Shown piece by piece: positions 18,540 to 28,322 of a stretch of DNA of 64,000 bases. The notes below the pieces were generated by a model. The model saw only the letters and a program-made list of their open reading frames with translations. It did not search any database and was not told where the DNA came from. Location of the stretch: contig CAZKXJ010000002.1 of the NCBI GenBank assembly GCA_964556825.1, positions 362,844 to 426,843 on the forward strand, written 5' to 3'. Origin of the DNA: an uncultured Hyphomonas sp. (GTDB lineage Bacteria > Pseudomonadota > Alphaproteobacteria > Caulobacterales > Hyphomonadaceae). Each line of letters opens with the position of its first letter. Positions within the stretch are counted from its first letter, which is position 1. The position numbers and the translations under genes are program-made.

Positions 18540-18665
18540 TTAAGCCTGTTTTGCTTTAAAACGAGGATTGGTCTTGTTGATGACGAACACACGGCCCCGG
18601 CGGCGCACGACCTTGCAATCGCGATGGCGCAGCTTCAGGGCTTTAAGAGATGATTTGACTTTCAT
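18540..18665 (-). CDS. rpmJ: 50S ribosomal protein L36 (41-aa type)
   Basis: [41 protein letters not shown] is the last 41 codons of the 164-aa track ORF. The upstream extension is spurious. Confidence 0.93.
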   Translation of the reverse strand: MKVKSSLKALKLRHRDCKVVRRRGRVFVINKTNPRFKAKQA

Positions 18666-18773
18666 GGGGACGGCCCTGCGATCTTTGGAAACTCGTAAGG
18701 GCGGGTGGATACATAATGGACAGATGAGAGTCAACGCCACACATACACCGTTACGGTAATAGGGATAACTGGA

Positions 18774-20144
18774 ATGACGATGATGAAATCTAGGCCGCAA
18801 CGCTGGGTCTTCGCGGCTGCGCTCAGCGCGCTGATCGGCGCCTGTGCAGCAACGCCCCAGGCAACCAGCCCAGGCAATGGTACAGTCAGCCCTACCACCC
18901 CGGTCGCAGAACCGCCGGGAGATCCGGTTGGCACGCCTGAGTCTGCGCCGATTGCTGGTCCGACCGGTCCCTATACGCCCTCTGGCAATCGCGACATGGA
19001 TATCTGGCGCGATGATTTCACCGCCCGCGCACAATCGCAGGGCCGAAACCCTGCCGTCATCTATTCCCTCCTCGAAGGGATATCCCCGCTTGAACTTTAT
19101 CTCAGCGAGGACGTGAATGTTGCCGGCACCGGCGTTGCCGACCAGGCAGAATTCGCAAAACCGGTCTGGGACTACCTGCGCACCGCCGTGACAACCAGCC
19201 GGTTTGAAACCGGCCAGGTCAAACTCATGGAGCTGGCGCCCGTGTTTGACGTGATTGAGCAGACATATGGCGTTAACCGCGAGGCTGTCAGCGCGATCTG
19301 GGCCATGGAGACGAATTTCGGATCCTACATTGGCAACTATGACGCTGCCAACACGCTCTCCAACATGGCTGTCGAAGGACGCAGGCGCAGCTTTGCCGAA
19401 AGCCAGATCATCGCCCTCATGAAGATTGTCGAAAGCGGTTTCGCGGACCGTGCCCAGCTCGGCTCAGGCTGGGCCGGCGCGATGGGACAGACACAGTTCA
19501 TGCCAACGACATACCTCGCTTACGCGCAAGATTTCGAACGCGACGGCAAGGCCGATATCTGGTCAAGCGCGCCTGACGCCCTTGCATCAGCGGCCAATTA
19601 CCTGTCGCAGTCCGGATTTGTCTTCGATGAGCCTTGGGGCATCGAGGTTCTCGCGCCGGGCAATTTTGACTGGTCACTGGCTGACGGCAATGAACGCCGC
19701 ATGTCGACATGGAAAGCACAGGGCATATCGCCGATCCGAGGCGGGCCCTTCGAAGTATCCGATGCAAGCTTTGCCGAGCTCTGGCTGCCTGCCGGCGCAA
19801 CCGGGCCAAAATACCTCCTGTTCAAGAATTTCGATGTGTTCAAGACGTACAATCGCTCGAACTCCTATGCGCTCGCTGTCGGCCTCCTGTCTGATGGCCT
19901 TCAGGGCAAGTACGGACCGGTCGCGGCATGGCCGACGGAAATTCCGCGTCTCAACAACCAGGAAGTGAAACAGCTACAGCAAGCGCTCAACACGCTTGGG
20001 TTTGAAGCTGGTGTCGTCGACGGGATTGCAGGCACGGGCACGCGCGCTTCCTTGCAGCGCTTCCAGAAGGCCAATGGCATGGTAGCGGACGGATATCCGT
20101 CCAAACCGGCGCTAAGCGCTGTGCTGGCTGCACTCGGCAGTTAG
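18774..20144 (+). CDS. lytic murein transglycosylase (MltB/SLT_2-like) with C-terminal peptidoglycan-binding domain
   Basis: Lipoprotein signal (LSALIGAC), AMETNFG and [13 protein letters not shown] motifs, and C-terminal PG_binding_1-like [10 protein letters not shown]...VDGIAG..T...L..FQ. Confidence 0.9.
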   Translation: MTMMKSRPQRWVFAAALSALIGACAATPQATSPGNGTVSPTTPVAEPPGDPVGTPESAPIAGPTGPYTPSGNRDMDIWRDDFTARAQSQGRNPAVIYSLLEGISPLELYLSEDVNVAGTGVADQAEFAKPVWDYLRTAVTTSRFETGQVKLMELAPVFDVIEQTYGVNREAVSAIWAMETNFGSYIGNYDAANTLSNMAVEGRRRSFAESQIIALMKIVESGFADRAQLGSGWAGAMGQTQFMPTTYLAYAQDFERDGKADIWSSAPDALASAANYLSQSGFVFDEPWGIEVLAPGNFDWSLADGNERRMSTWKAQGISPIRGGPFEVSDASFAELWLPAGATGPKYLLFKNFDVFKTYNRSNSYALAVGLLSDGLQGKYGPVAAWPTEIPRLNNQEVKQLQQALNTLGFEAGVVDGIAGTGTRASLQRFQKANGMVADGYPSKPALSAVLAALGS

Positions 20145-21436
20145 TCGTAGATCTCTGGCGGTTCGTCCGGATCGTCTTCCATGACCTGATTGGCCGGGAA
20201 GACTTTCCGGGCGAAGCCCGCCATGAACAGCAACATGACGCCTGCGCCGAGGAAAGGCGCATAGGGGTGGACGTTTTCATACATCCACGGCCCAAAGAAC
20301 GGGCTGACGATAAAGCCCATGCCATTCGCCGATATGACAAGACCGGCCACATTGCCCTGCAAAGTCGAACCGACGGCCAGTGAAGCGCCACTAGAAAAGC
20401 CCGGCCGCGCGAGTCCCTGCCCTATCCCCACAAAGAACTGTGCGAGTACCAGCACCGCAAATTCCCGGGTCGGCACGATCAGGAAAGCCCCCAGTGACAA
20501 GGAAAGAGCGCCGACCACCATCAACGTCCGGTTGGTCATCTTGAGGCGCGGAATGATGACCAGTTGCGAGATCAGCGTGCCCGCCGCGCCGACTGTATAG
20601 GCAGGCCCGGTGAACTGCATGGCCATGGCGCCGGACAGCGACAGCTTGTCCATGATGGCAAACGCAAAAGTCTGCGTCAGGACACCGGTGACGATAGACA
20701 GAGAGACGGCAAAAACCAGGAAGGGAAACACGCGTGGATCGCGCCAGAGCCCGTCACCCTCACGCTTCTGGCCCTTCTTCAGGCCGACCTCTTTCTTCGG
20801 CGCAGACTTCTCAGGCAGTCGCGTATAGATCAGGAAGGACAGCACCGCGGCGGCCGCGCTGATCATGAAAACCGGTGTCAGCAATCCGAATACGGCCCCT
20901 GCGGCGGCGGCAAAGGCAGGTCCGGCCACCGCGCCAAAGCTGAACCCCGACGTCAGTGACGCGATTTCCTCGGTCCGTTTCGCACGGCTCGTGCGGTCTG
21001 CGATATAGGCCTGGGCCGCAGGGTTTGTTCCCGATCCGAACATCCCGAACAAGGTGCGTGAGCTCAGCAGGCAGATGAAAATCACCAGCGAGCCCTGAAG
21101 ATGCCCGGACATGGCGAGCGCCGCACTCGTACCGAACAACAGCATTGAAACGGAAAAACCAAGCATGCCCAGCGCCGCGACGGGCCGCCGGCCCCAATCG
21201 TTGCTCTTGCGGCCCCAGAAAGACGAGGTGATTGCCCAGAGCGCAGCTGACAGGGAAAAAATTGCGCCCGCCATCCAGTCAGGCAAGCCGAGATCACGTG
21301 AGAGGGGTGGCAGGATCGCGCTGACCAGCATTGTATTGCCGGCTCCCACTGCAAGCAGCGCAAAGAATAAAAGCCGGAACGCGCCTCGGCGGTCCGGCCT
21401 GTCTTTTCCCAGCTGGTCAGGCTTTGGCGACGTCAT
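20141..21436 (-). CDS. MFS transporter
   Basis: About 12 hydrophobic segments. The loop 2-3 motif GRKSNDWGRRPV resembles MFS motif A. Confidence 0.87.
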   Translation of the reverse strand: MTSPKPDQLGKDRPDRRGAFRLLFFALLAVGAGNTMLVSAILPPLSRDLGLPDWMAGAIFSLSAALWAITSSFWGRKSNDWGRRPVAALGMLGFSVSMLLFGTSAALAMSGHLQGSLVIFICLLSSRTLFGMFGSGTNPAAQAYIADRTSRAKRTEEIASLTSGFSFGAVAGPAFAAAAGAVFGLLTPVFMISAAAAVLSFLIYTRLPEKSAPKKEVGLKKGQKREGDGLWRDPRVFPFLVFAVSLSIVTGVLTQTFAFAIMDKLSLSGAMAMQFTGPAYTVGAAGTLISQLVIIPRLKMTNRTLMVVGALSLSLGAFLIVPTREFAVLVLAQFFVGIGQGLARPGFSSGASLAVGSTLQGNVAGLVISANGMGFIVSPFFGPWMYENVHPYAPFLGAGVMLLFMAGFARKVFPANQVMEDDPDEPPEIYD

Positions 21437-21576
21437 GCCCTGTCATCGGCCCGTCGCCGGAAAAGATCAAGCACGTCAAGAACAGCAACACTGGCTTCCA
21501 CCACGTCACCTGCTGGCAAGGATATTTAAATCCTGTTGAGCCATAATCTGCAGATCGTACGTCAGCTGGAGCCTGC

Positions 21577-22464
21577 ATGACCCAGATTCTCGGCCTCCTG
21601 GTCGTCTTTATCGTCATTATCGGCGCGCTGATTTTCAGCGGTAGTCCGGCTATTGCCGAGGCCCTGCCCTTTGAGCTCGCCCTGATAGGCGGCGCGGCCA
21701 TTGGCACCCTGCTTATCGGCAATTCACCGCAAGTGGCCCGCGATGCTGTGCGCGGCCTCGGCAAGGCGCTGACCGGCGCAAAATGGGTCAAGCAGGACTA
21801 TTCTGACCTCCTCACCGGCATGCATGAGCTGATGCGGCGGGCGCGGCGGGGCGGGATTATTGCGATCGAGGCCGATATCGAAGCGCCCGAGACCTCGCCA
21901 GTCTTTCTGAACCGCCCACGCTTGCTGGCCGACGAACCGGCCCGCAACCTGATTGCTGACAGCTTCCGGCTGATGTCTCTTAATCCGGGGGGCAAATCCC
22001 CCGTCGAAACGCACTTGCAGGATGCGATAGCGGCGACAGCAAATGGCCGGCACCGCGCCGTAACGGCCCTGAACACACTGGCCGATGCACTTCCGGCCCT
22101 CGGAATTGTCGCCGCCGTCCTTGGCATCATCAAGACCATGAGCATGGTCGACCAGTCCCCCGAAGTTCTGGGGCCAATGATTGCAACGGCTCTGCTCGGT
22201 ACGTTTCTCGGCGTGTTCCTCGCTTACGGCCTGGTCGGGCCGATGGCAGCGCGCTTCGGCCAGATCGTCGACGAGGAGATGCAATATCTTGAGACCATAC
22301 GAACAATGGTCTCAGCTTATGATTCGGGCATCGCGCCAGCCACAGCAGTCGAACTGGGCCGGGCAAGCCTTCCGGTTCACCTTCGCCCAACGCTTGAAGA
22401 GCTCGACACCGCTCTCGCCACTGTCGCGACCTTGCCAGCTGCGCCGCGCAGCCGTACGGCCTGA
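21577..22464 (+). CDS. motA: flagellar stator protein MotA
   Basis: 295 aa with 4 TM segments. The C-terminal channel segment ATALLGTFLGVFLAYGLVGPMA closely resembles E. coli MotA (ALVGTFLGILLAYGF). No motB is adjacent. Confidence 0.85.
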   Translation: MTQILGLLVVFIVIIGALIFSGSPAIAEALPFELALIGGAAIGTLLIGNSPQVARDAVRGLGKALTGAKWVKQDYSDLLTGMHELMRRARRGGIIAIEADIEAPETSPVFLNRPRLLADEPARNLIADSFRLMSLNPGGKSPVETHLQDAIAATANGRHRAVTALNTLADALPALGIVAAVLGIIKTMSMVDQSPEVLGPMIATALLGTFLGVFLAYGLVGPMAARFGQIVDEEMQYLETIRTMVSAYDSGIAPATAVELGRASLPVHLRPTLEELDTALATVATLPAAPRSRTA

Positions 22465-22552
22465 TTTTTCACGGGAAACTGACTCGCCGTCTGGTTTTTC
22501 AACCCTCAACGCACTAGGTGTGAGCGCACCAATAATGGCGACCGGAGCCCGA

Positions 22553-23077
22553 ATGTCGCGATTCGACGACCTCATAGCGACCGTACAGACCTATCAGGAT
22601 CTGGCCGCAGAGAATTATGCGCGTGTCCGGCAGATGGCCGAGGCCGTTCGCTCAGGGCTTTGTGACTATATCGACGCGACTGACGGCGTCTGCGTGCAGC
22701 TTGTTCCGCCGCAGGGCGAATTCGAACCGAAAATTTACGGCGACCAGGCGTTTTCCGTACCCCCAAAGGGTTTTCGCCCGCTCGGACCGATCGCGTTCGG
22801 GCTCGCCGTCCGCGTGACAAAGCAGACCGACTGGATCCGTGTTACCATGCAAGGCCAGAAGATCGGCGAGCATTTTGTGCTCGATATTCAGGGCGGCGAG
22901 TCATTTTCGCTGTCGCTCCCCCTAACAGAAGATGACTCAAGCCGCTTGTTTGAATATGTGTATAATCACGTACTGAACTGGTTCCAGACGCAGATTGATC
23001 ACTATCAAAAAGGGGAATACGGTAGCCGTGAGATTGGGTTTGAATTCTCGCGCGAGACCGATGGCGCCAAAGTCTGA
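22553..23077 (+). CDS. hypothetical protein (174 aa)
   Basis: The track ORF (22181..) overlaps motA, so I trimmed it to ATG 22553 (alternative 22535). The 3' half is lower in GC (24/60 and 28/60 in two hand-counted lines). No motif recognised. Confidence 0.55.
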   Translation: MSRFDDLIATVQTYQDLAAENYARVRQMAEAVRSGLCDYIDATDGVCVQLVPPQGEFEPKIYGDQAFSVPPKGFRPLGPIAFGLAVRVTKQTDWIRVTMQGQKIGEHFVLDIQGGESFSLSLPLTEDDSSRLFEYVYNHVLNWFQTQIDHYQKGEYGSREIGFEFSRETDGAKV

Positions 23078-23102
23078 ATAGACAGACCAGCGACAGACAC
23101 AC

Positions 23103-25037
23103 ATGCCTGATCTGAACATCCTCCTTGCTGCTGCAGGCTCTGATAGCCTGATCTTCGCCTGCGCCCTGATCGGTGCGCTGGGGCTGGGTGCCCAATGGCT
23201 CGCCTGGCGCCTGCAGGCACCAGCCATCGTCCTGATGGCGCTTGCTGGCATGGCGGCCGGCCCGCTCTGGCAAATCCTCTTCGGCGATCCCCTGCTCAGC
23301 CCTTCGGCGACCTTTGGAGACCTGCTGCGGCCGATCGTTTCCCTTTCCGTTGCTGTCATCCTGTTTGAAGGCGGCCTCATCCTGAAATTCGAGAACCTGC
23401 GTGACGCGGGTGCTGCCGTGCGGCGAATGGTGTTCTTTGGCGGCCCACTCGCCTGGTTGCTCGGCTCTTTTGCTGCGCGCTATGCAGCCGGGCTGGACTG
23501 GGCCAGTGCCATCGTCTTTGCCGGCGTCATGGTTGTCACCGGTCCGACGGTGATCATGCCGCTCCTGCGTCAGTCGAAACTCTCCGGCAGGCCAGCGCAG
23601 TTCCTGAAATGGGAAGGCATCGTCAACGATCCGATCGGTGCCCTGTTCGCAGTTGCAGCCTACGAGATCATTCGCGTGGCCTCGCAGGGTGATTCGACCC
23701 TGTGGGCAGGCATGTGGATCCTGCTCGCCGCAGGCATCGGTATTGTTCTCGGCATCATGTTCGGCATGGGGATGGCCCGGGCCTTCCGCGCCGGCTGGAC
23801 GCCTGAATACCTCAAGGCACCGCTGATCTTTGCCTCCATCATTCTCTGTTATGCCCTCGCTGAAGAAATCGAGCACGAGACAGGCCTGGTCGCTGTCACC
23901 GCCTATGGCATGACGCTCGCCAATTCCCGCCTTGCCGACCTTTCGGAACTGCGGAAGTTCAAGGAAGATATCGCCGTCCTGCTTGTGTCAGGCGTCTTCG
24001 TCATCCTGACAGCCGACCTCACACCGACGATCATCCGTCAGGCGCTGAACCTGAACACGCTGCTATTCCTGCTGAGCATGCTGTTCATCGTGCGTCCGCT
24101 CGCCGTCTGGATTGCGACAGCCGGCACCCTCAGCCGCAAGGAGGCCCTGCTACTCGGCTGGATCGCTCCACGCGGTATTGTGGCGGTCGCGGTCTCCGGC
24201 CTGTTCGGCTCACTATTGGTCGACCTCTCCCGCGAAGGCCGCTTTTACTTCTCCGGTGCCGATCAGATCGTGCCACTTGCCTTTGCGATGGTGTTTACCA
24301 CTGTGGTGCTTCACGGCTTCACGATTGGCCCACTCGCCCGGCGACTGGGGCTCGCGCGTGCTGAAAAGCCCGGCGTGCTGCTGGTCGGCGCCAACTCCTG
24401 GAGCGTTGAATTTGCCAAAGCCCTCAAGGCCAGCAAGATCGATGTCATCGTCGCTGACAGCAATTACAGGCGCCTGCGGCCTGCACGCGAGTCCGGCCTT
24501 GATACTTTCCTTGGCGAAGTCCTGTCTGAGGACGCCGAGATCAAGCTGGACCATGCCCGCTTCGCAACCGTTGTGGCGCTGTCGACAAACGATTCGCACA
24601 ATGCACTGGTCTGCAACCAGTTCGCCCCGGAAGTCGGACGTCACCGCGTCTACCAGCTGTCGCTGTCCGAAGGTGATGAAGTTGACGACAAGACGGTTGG
24701 CTCTGCTGCGCGAGGCCGCACGCTGATCCGGCGCGGACGCACCTATGACGGGCTGATCCGTGACCAGTATCGCGGCTGGACATTCTCGCGCACACGCCTG
24801 ACCGACAAGTACACGCTGGAACAGTTCCTTGCCGAGCGCCCGAAGGGTGACCTTGTGGCCGAGATCCGCCCGGATGGCACGCTGGTCCTGCTCGGCCCAA
24901 GCCGCGAAGCCCGCGGCGGTGAAGGCGCAACGATCATCAGCTTTGCGCCAGACCAGCAGCCTTCAACGCAGGGCAAACCAGAAGAGCCCGCGACGGGCGA
25001 CAAGACAGCCGCCCCGACACAGCCCGCAAAAGCCTAG
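23103..25037 (+). CDS. cation:proton antiporter (CPA1/NhaP-like Na+/H+ exchanger) with C-terminal soluble domain
   Basis: About 400 aa with 11-12 TM segments, then a Rossmann-like GVLLVGANSWSVEFAKALK (RCK/TrkA-N-like) region. 644 aa. Confidence 0.87.
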   Translation: MPDLNILLAAAGSDSLIFACALIGALGLGAQWLAWRLQAPAIVLMALAGMAAGPLWQILFGDPLLSPSATFGDLLRPIVSLSVAVILFEGGLILKFENLRDAGAAVRRMVFFGGPLAWLLGSFAARYAAGLDWASAIVFAGVMVVTGPTVIMPLLRQSKLSGRPAQFLKWEGIVNDPIGALFAVAAYEIIRVASQGDSTLWAGMWILLAAGIGIVLGIMFGMGMARAFRAGWTPEYLKAPLIFASIILCYALAEEIEHETGLVAVTAYGMTLANSRLADLSELRKFKEDIAVLLVSGVFVILTADLTPTIIRQALNLNTLLFLLSMLFIVRPLAVWIATAGTLSRKEALLLGWIAPRGIVAVAVSGLFGSLLVDLSREGRFYFSGADQIVPLAFAMVFTTVVLHGFTIGPLARRLGLARAEKPGVLLVGANSWSVEFAKALKASKIDVIVADSNYRRLRPARESGLDTFLGEVLSEDAEIKLDHARFATVVALSTNDSHNALVCNQFAPEVGRHRVYQLSLSEGDEVDDKTVGSAARGRTLIRRGRTYDGLIRDQYRGWTFSRTRLTDKYTLEQFLAERPKGDLVAEIRPDGTLVLLGPSREARGGEGATIISFAPDQQPSTQGKPEEPATGDKTAAPTQPAKA

Positions 25038-25777
25038 ACCGACACGGCATGAAGCCCGGAGCCATGGCGTTTCAGCCAGGCGCGTTCGCGTTTCCAGCCC
25101 GGCCGGCAGACCGCGACATGCGCCCAGAAACGCGAACTGTGGTTCATTTCCAGTAGATGCGCGCATTCATGCGCGGCGACGTAGTCCAGCACTTCGGGCG
25201 GCGCCAGGATCAGCCGCCAGGAGAAGGCGAGACGGCCATCCGATGTGCAGGAGCCCCAACGTGACCGCGTATCCTTCACAGAGACCCGTCGCGCATCGAC
25301 GCCGAGGACCGCACAATACTGTTCGACCGCTTTGGTCAGGTCGTCCTTTGCGAGCTTCCTGAGAAATCGTTCTGCGCGGCGACCAATGGTTTCCGGGTCT
25401 CCCGGCAGGGAAAGTATCTGTGGATCACCATCGACAAGGCTGGCCCGCCTGCCCGGCCCTTCGAGGCTGACGAGACAATCGCGCCCCCGCAGCGGAAACA
25501 TGTCGCCGCTGTGCATCGTCACAAGTGGCGGCAGGCTGTTCAGGCGCGTCACGATCCATTCAATCCTGTCAGCGGCAAACCGCGCGGCATCCGGCACAAG
25601 GCGCCGCGAGGGCGCGATTGCCACAGCTGACCGGTTCTGTTCATCAAGCCTTAAAATCAGGCGTTTAGCCCGCGGATTGACTTCAATCCGCACGGGGACT
25701 TCCACTCCGCAGGACGAGGTAAGGGTCATTGTCTGGTGTTTATCGACAATCATGATAATGCTCGACTCACGGCGCAA
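25034..25777 (-). CDS. M48-like metallohydrolase, YgjP/DUF45 family
   Basis: HExxH motif in YVAAHECAHLLEMNHS near the C-terminus and typical length. The start is uncertain. Confidence 0.83.
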   Translation of the reverse strand: MRRESSIIMIVDKHQTMTLTSSCGVEVPVRIEVNPRAKRLILRLDEQNRSAVAIAPSRRLVPDAARFAADRIEWIVTRLNSLPPLVTMHSGDMFPLRGRDCLVSLEGPGRRASLVDGDPQILSLPGDPETIGRRAERFLRKLAKDDLTKAVEQYCAVLGVDARRVSVKDTRSRWGSCTSDGRLAFSWRLILAPPEVLDYVAAHECAHLLEMNHSSRFWAHVAVCRPGWKRERAWLKRHGSGLHAVSV

Positions 25778-25818
25778 TCAAATCTAGCCTTTGGACACAG
25801 TTAAGGGGAACCCTAAAC

Positions 25819-27405
25819 ATGAAATACTTGCTGTGCGGCGTAGCCGCTGTCGCAATGCTCTCTGCGTGCGACCAATCAGGAAAAACCGGCTCCGGGGACG
25901 AGCCGCTCGGTGAAATCTCGCTGCGCTCCGGCGATCCGGCCGAAGCAGATGCGGTCATCTCGGCGATGTCGCTGACCAATTCGGGTGACGGCAGCGTTCA
26001 ATACGCTGAAAAATCCGTCGACGGTGCCAAAGCCACCTTCACCAATCTCACCTTGCCAGGCGATGAAGACACCAGCGTTAAGGCTGGCTCGCTTGTGTTT
26101 GATGGCCTCGACATGGTTGATGGCAAGGCGTCCTTCTCCAAGATGAGCCTCAGCGACATTTCCATCGCGGATGCCGAAATGGAAGAAGGCGAAGTCAAGG
26201 TCGGCTCCATCGAACTCATCAATCCGACACCGGAACTGGCCGCCTGGCTGGCCGCATCTCTCGGGACCGCCGGACCTGCCGCCTTCCCGACTGCAGCCCA
26301 GGTCGGCTTTGACGCGTGGACCATCAAGGATGTCGCTGCGAACATTTCTGACTCCGATGGCGACGGGACGTTCTCCATCGACAGTTTTGAGGTGCGCGAT
26401 CTGGTTGACCAGAAAGCCGCCCGCGCGATGCTCAGTGACCTCAAATTCAATTTCGTCAGCGCAGATGACGACGTGCCTGTGAACATGAGCCTCGGTTCGC
26501 TGTCCATGTCGGGCCTGGACCTTGCTTTCATTGATGCCATCCAGGGCAATATCGGTGACGAGGAAGCGATGACCCAGGCGCTCGTCAACACACTGTATGA
26601 CGAGCCGATGGATCCCGGTTACGACAAGATCGCGCTCGACAGCTTCGCCGTCGATGCGGCTGGTGCCAGCTTCAAGATGCCATCCCTCGACGTTTCGCTA
26701 GAGCGCAATTCGGATGGCAAGCCGGTCAAATACACGACGCAACCGTTTTCGATGACGCTTGATGCAGACGCAGATGGCGGCGAAGCCGGGGCATCTCTGG
26801 CCCGGGGCCTGAGCATGATCGGCTATGAAAGCATCGAATTGAAGGGCGCAGGTGTCAGCACCTACGATCCCGACACTGATACGGTGACGTTTGCGGCCAA
26901 GGACAATTACCTCGAGCTGGTTGACGGCGCGAAGTTCTCCTTCGGTGGCAAGCTTGCCGGCTACTCGGCCTATAGCAAGGCCGCTGCTCAAAGCTTCGAT
27001 ATCGAACAGCTCTCCGAAGGTGCAGAGCCCGATCCGGCCGCCTTCCAGGCTGCGCTCGGCGAACTCGACTTCTACAATTTCGAGCTCGCTATCGCTGATG
27101 ACAGCCTCGTTGACCGTGTGTTCAATGCCATTGCCACCCAGTCTGGCGAAGATCCTGAGCAGATGCGCAGCCAGGTTGCGGCCATGATGAGCATGGCCCC
27201 AATGATGGCCCAGGGCAGCGGCGTCGACATGGAAATCGTGACGGAGCTGGCGTCTGCCGTTTCAGCTTTCATCACCGATCCTGGCACGCTGACCCTGAAG
27301 CTCAATCCGGATGAACCGCTCTCGATGGCAACCCTGTCAGAGATGGAAGATCCGAGCATGCTGACGAAAGACTATCTCGGCTTCTCGGCAACGCACAAAA
27401 ACTAA
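25819..27405 (+). CDS. acidic lipoprotein of unknown function (528 aa)
   Basis: Lipobox AVAMLSAC, very Asp/Glu/Ser-rich, followed by a strong terminator. Confidence 0.75.
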   Translation: MKYLLCGVAAVAMLSACDQSGKTGSGDEPLGEISLRSGDPAEADAVISAMSLTNSGDGSVQYAEKSVDGAKATFTNLTLPGDEDTSVKAGSLVFDGLDMVDGKASFSKMSLSDISIADAEMEEGEVKVGSIELINPTPELAAWLAASLGTAGPAAFPTAAQVGFDAWTIKDVAANISDSDGDGTFSIDSFEVRDLVDQKAARAMLSDLKFNFVSADDDVPVNMSLGSLSMSGLDLAFIDAIQGNIGDEEAMTQALVNTLYDEPMDPGYDKIALDSFAVDAAGASFKMPSLDVSLERNSDGKPVKYTTQPFSMTLDADADGGEAGASLARGLSMIGYESIELKGAGVSTYDPDTDTVTFAAKDNYLELVDGAKFSFGGKLAGYSAYSKAAAQSFDIEQLSEGAEPDPAAFQAALGELDFYNFELAIADDSLVDRVFNAIATQSGEDPEQMRSQVAAMMSMAPMMAQGSGVDMEIVTELASAVSAFITDPGTLTLKLNPDEPLSMATLSEMEDPSMLTKDYLGFSATHKN

Positions 27406-27429
27406 GCCGGCCTATCGGCTTGAAATCGG

Positions 27430-27465
27430 GGCGCGCCGGAAACTGACCGGCGCGCCTTTTCTTTT
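27430..27465 (+). terminator. rho-independent terminator
   Basis: Perfect 10-bp stem ggcgcgccgg / ccggcgcgcc, 7-nt loop, then ttttctttt. Confidence 0.85.
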
Positions 27466-27494
27466 GGCACAAGCAAGCGCATATCCTGCACCTC

Positions 27495-28322
27495 ATGAGA
27501 CTTGCCTATTTTGGAGACGTGGTCGGAAAGCCCGGCCGGGCGGCAGTGACCGACCATTTGCCTGAGCTGCGCCGCAAGCTGGCGCTCGATTTCGTTATCG
27601 TGAATGGCGAGAATGCCGCTGGCGGGTTTGGCCTGACAGAATCGATCGCCACTGAATTCTTCAATGCAGGCGCAGATTGCCTGACGCTTGGCGACCATGC
27701 CTGGGACCAGCGCGAAGCGATGACGTACATCCAGCGTGAACCGCGCCTGCTGCGTCCGCTGAACTATCCAGAAGCCGCGCAGGCCCCCGGCAAGGGCGCG
27801 AATGTCTATGTCCTGCCCGATGGCCGCCGCGTCGGCGTCGTCCAGTTGCAGGGGAGCGTTTTCATGAAACAACAACTCGAAAACGCTTTCGCCCATGCGG
27901 ACAGCGCGCTCGACAATATGCCGCTCGGTGTGGCCGTGGATGCGCTGATTGTGGACATGCACTGCGAAGCAACCAGCGAAAAGATGGCCATGGGCCACTA
28001 TTGTGATGGCCGCGCGAGCCTTGTTGTCGGCAGTCACACCCACGTGCCCACCGCTGACCTGATGATCCTGGAAAATGGCACTGCTTACCAGACAGATGCT
28101 GGCATGTGCGGCGACTATGACAGCGTCATCGGCATGAAAAAAGAGAACTCGATCAACCGCTTCGCGACCCAACTGCCGGGCGACCGTTACGCGCCTGCGC
28201 TGGGCGAGGGCACTTTGTGCGGTGTTTTTGTCGAGACCGATGACAAAACCGGTTACGCGACCCGCATTGAACCGATCCGGATCGGCGGCCGGCTTTCAGC
28301 CAGCATTCCGTCGGTCGACTAG
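27495..28322 (+). CDS. YmdB-family metallophosphoesterase (TIGR00282-like)
   Basis: MRLAYFGDVVGKPGR N-terminus, NGENAAGGFG and GSHTHVPT motifs. Confidence 0.87.
   Translation: MRLAYFGDVVGKPGRAAVTDHLPELRRKLALDFVIVNGENAAGGFGLTESIATEFFNAGADCLTLGDHAWDQREAMTYIQREPRLLRPLNYPEAAQAPGKGANVYVLPDGRRVGVVQLQGSVFMKQQLENAFAHADSALDNMPLGVAVDALIVDMHCEATSEKMAMGHYCDGRASLVVGSHTHVPTADLMILENGTAYQTDAGMCGDYDSVIGMKKENSINRFATQLPGDRYAPALGEGTLCGVFVETDDKTGYATRIEPIRIGGRLSASIPSVD

Noticed and set aside
18666-19034. 123-aa upstream extension of the rpmJ ORF
   Set aside because: L36 is a 41-aa protein. The extension is Arg/Gly/Cys-rich read-through of the promoter region and overlaps the mltB-like gene start.
21514-21530. 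TGGCAAggatatTTAAA upstream of motA as a sigma-54 promoter
   Set aside because: The -12 element (TTGC) is absent, so only the GG half matches. This is not enough to call.
22842-23876. 344-aa minus-strand ORF
   Set aside because: Shadow ORF antisense to the Na+/H+ antiporter and to the end of the 174-aa ORF. It has a non-protein-like composition.
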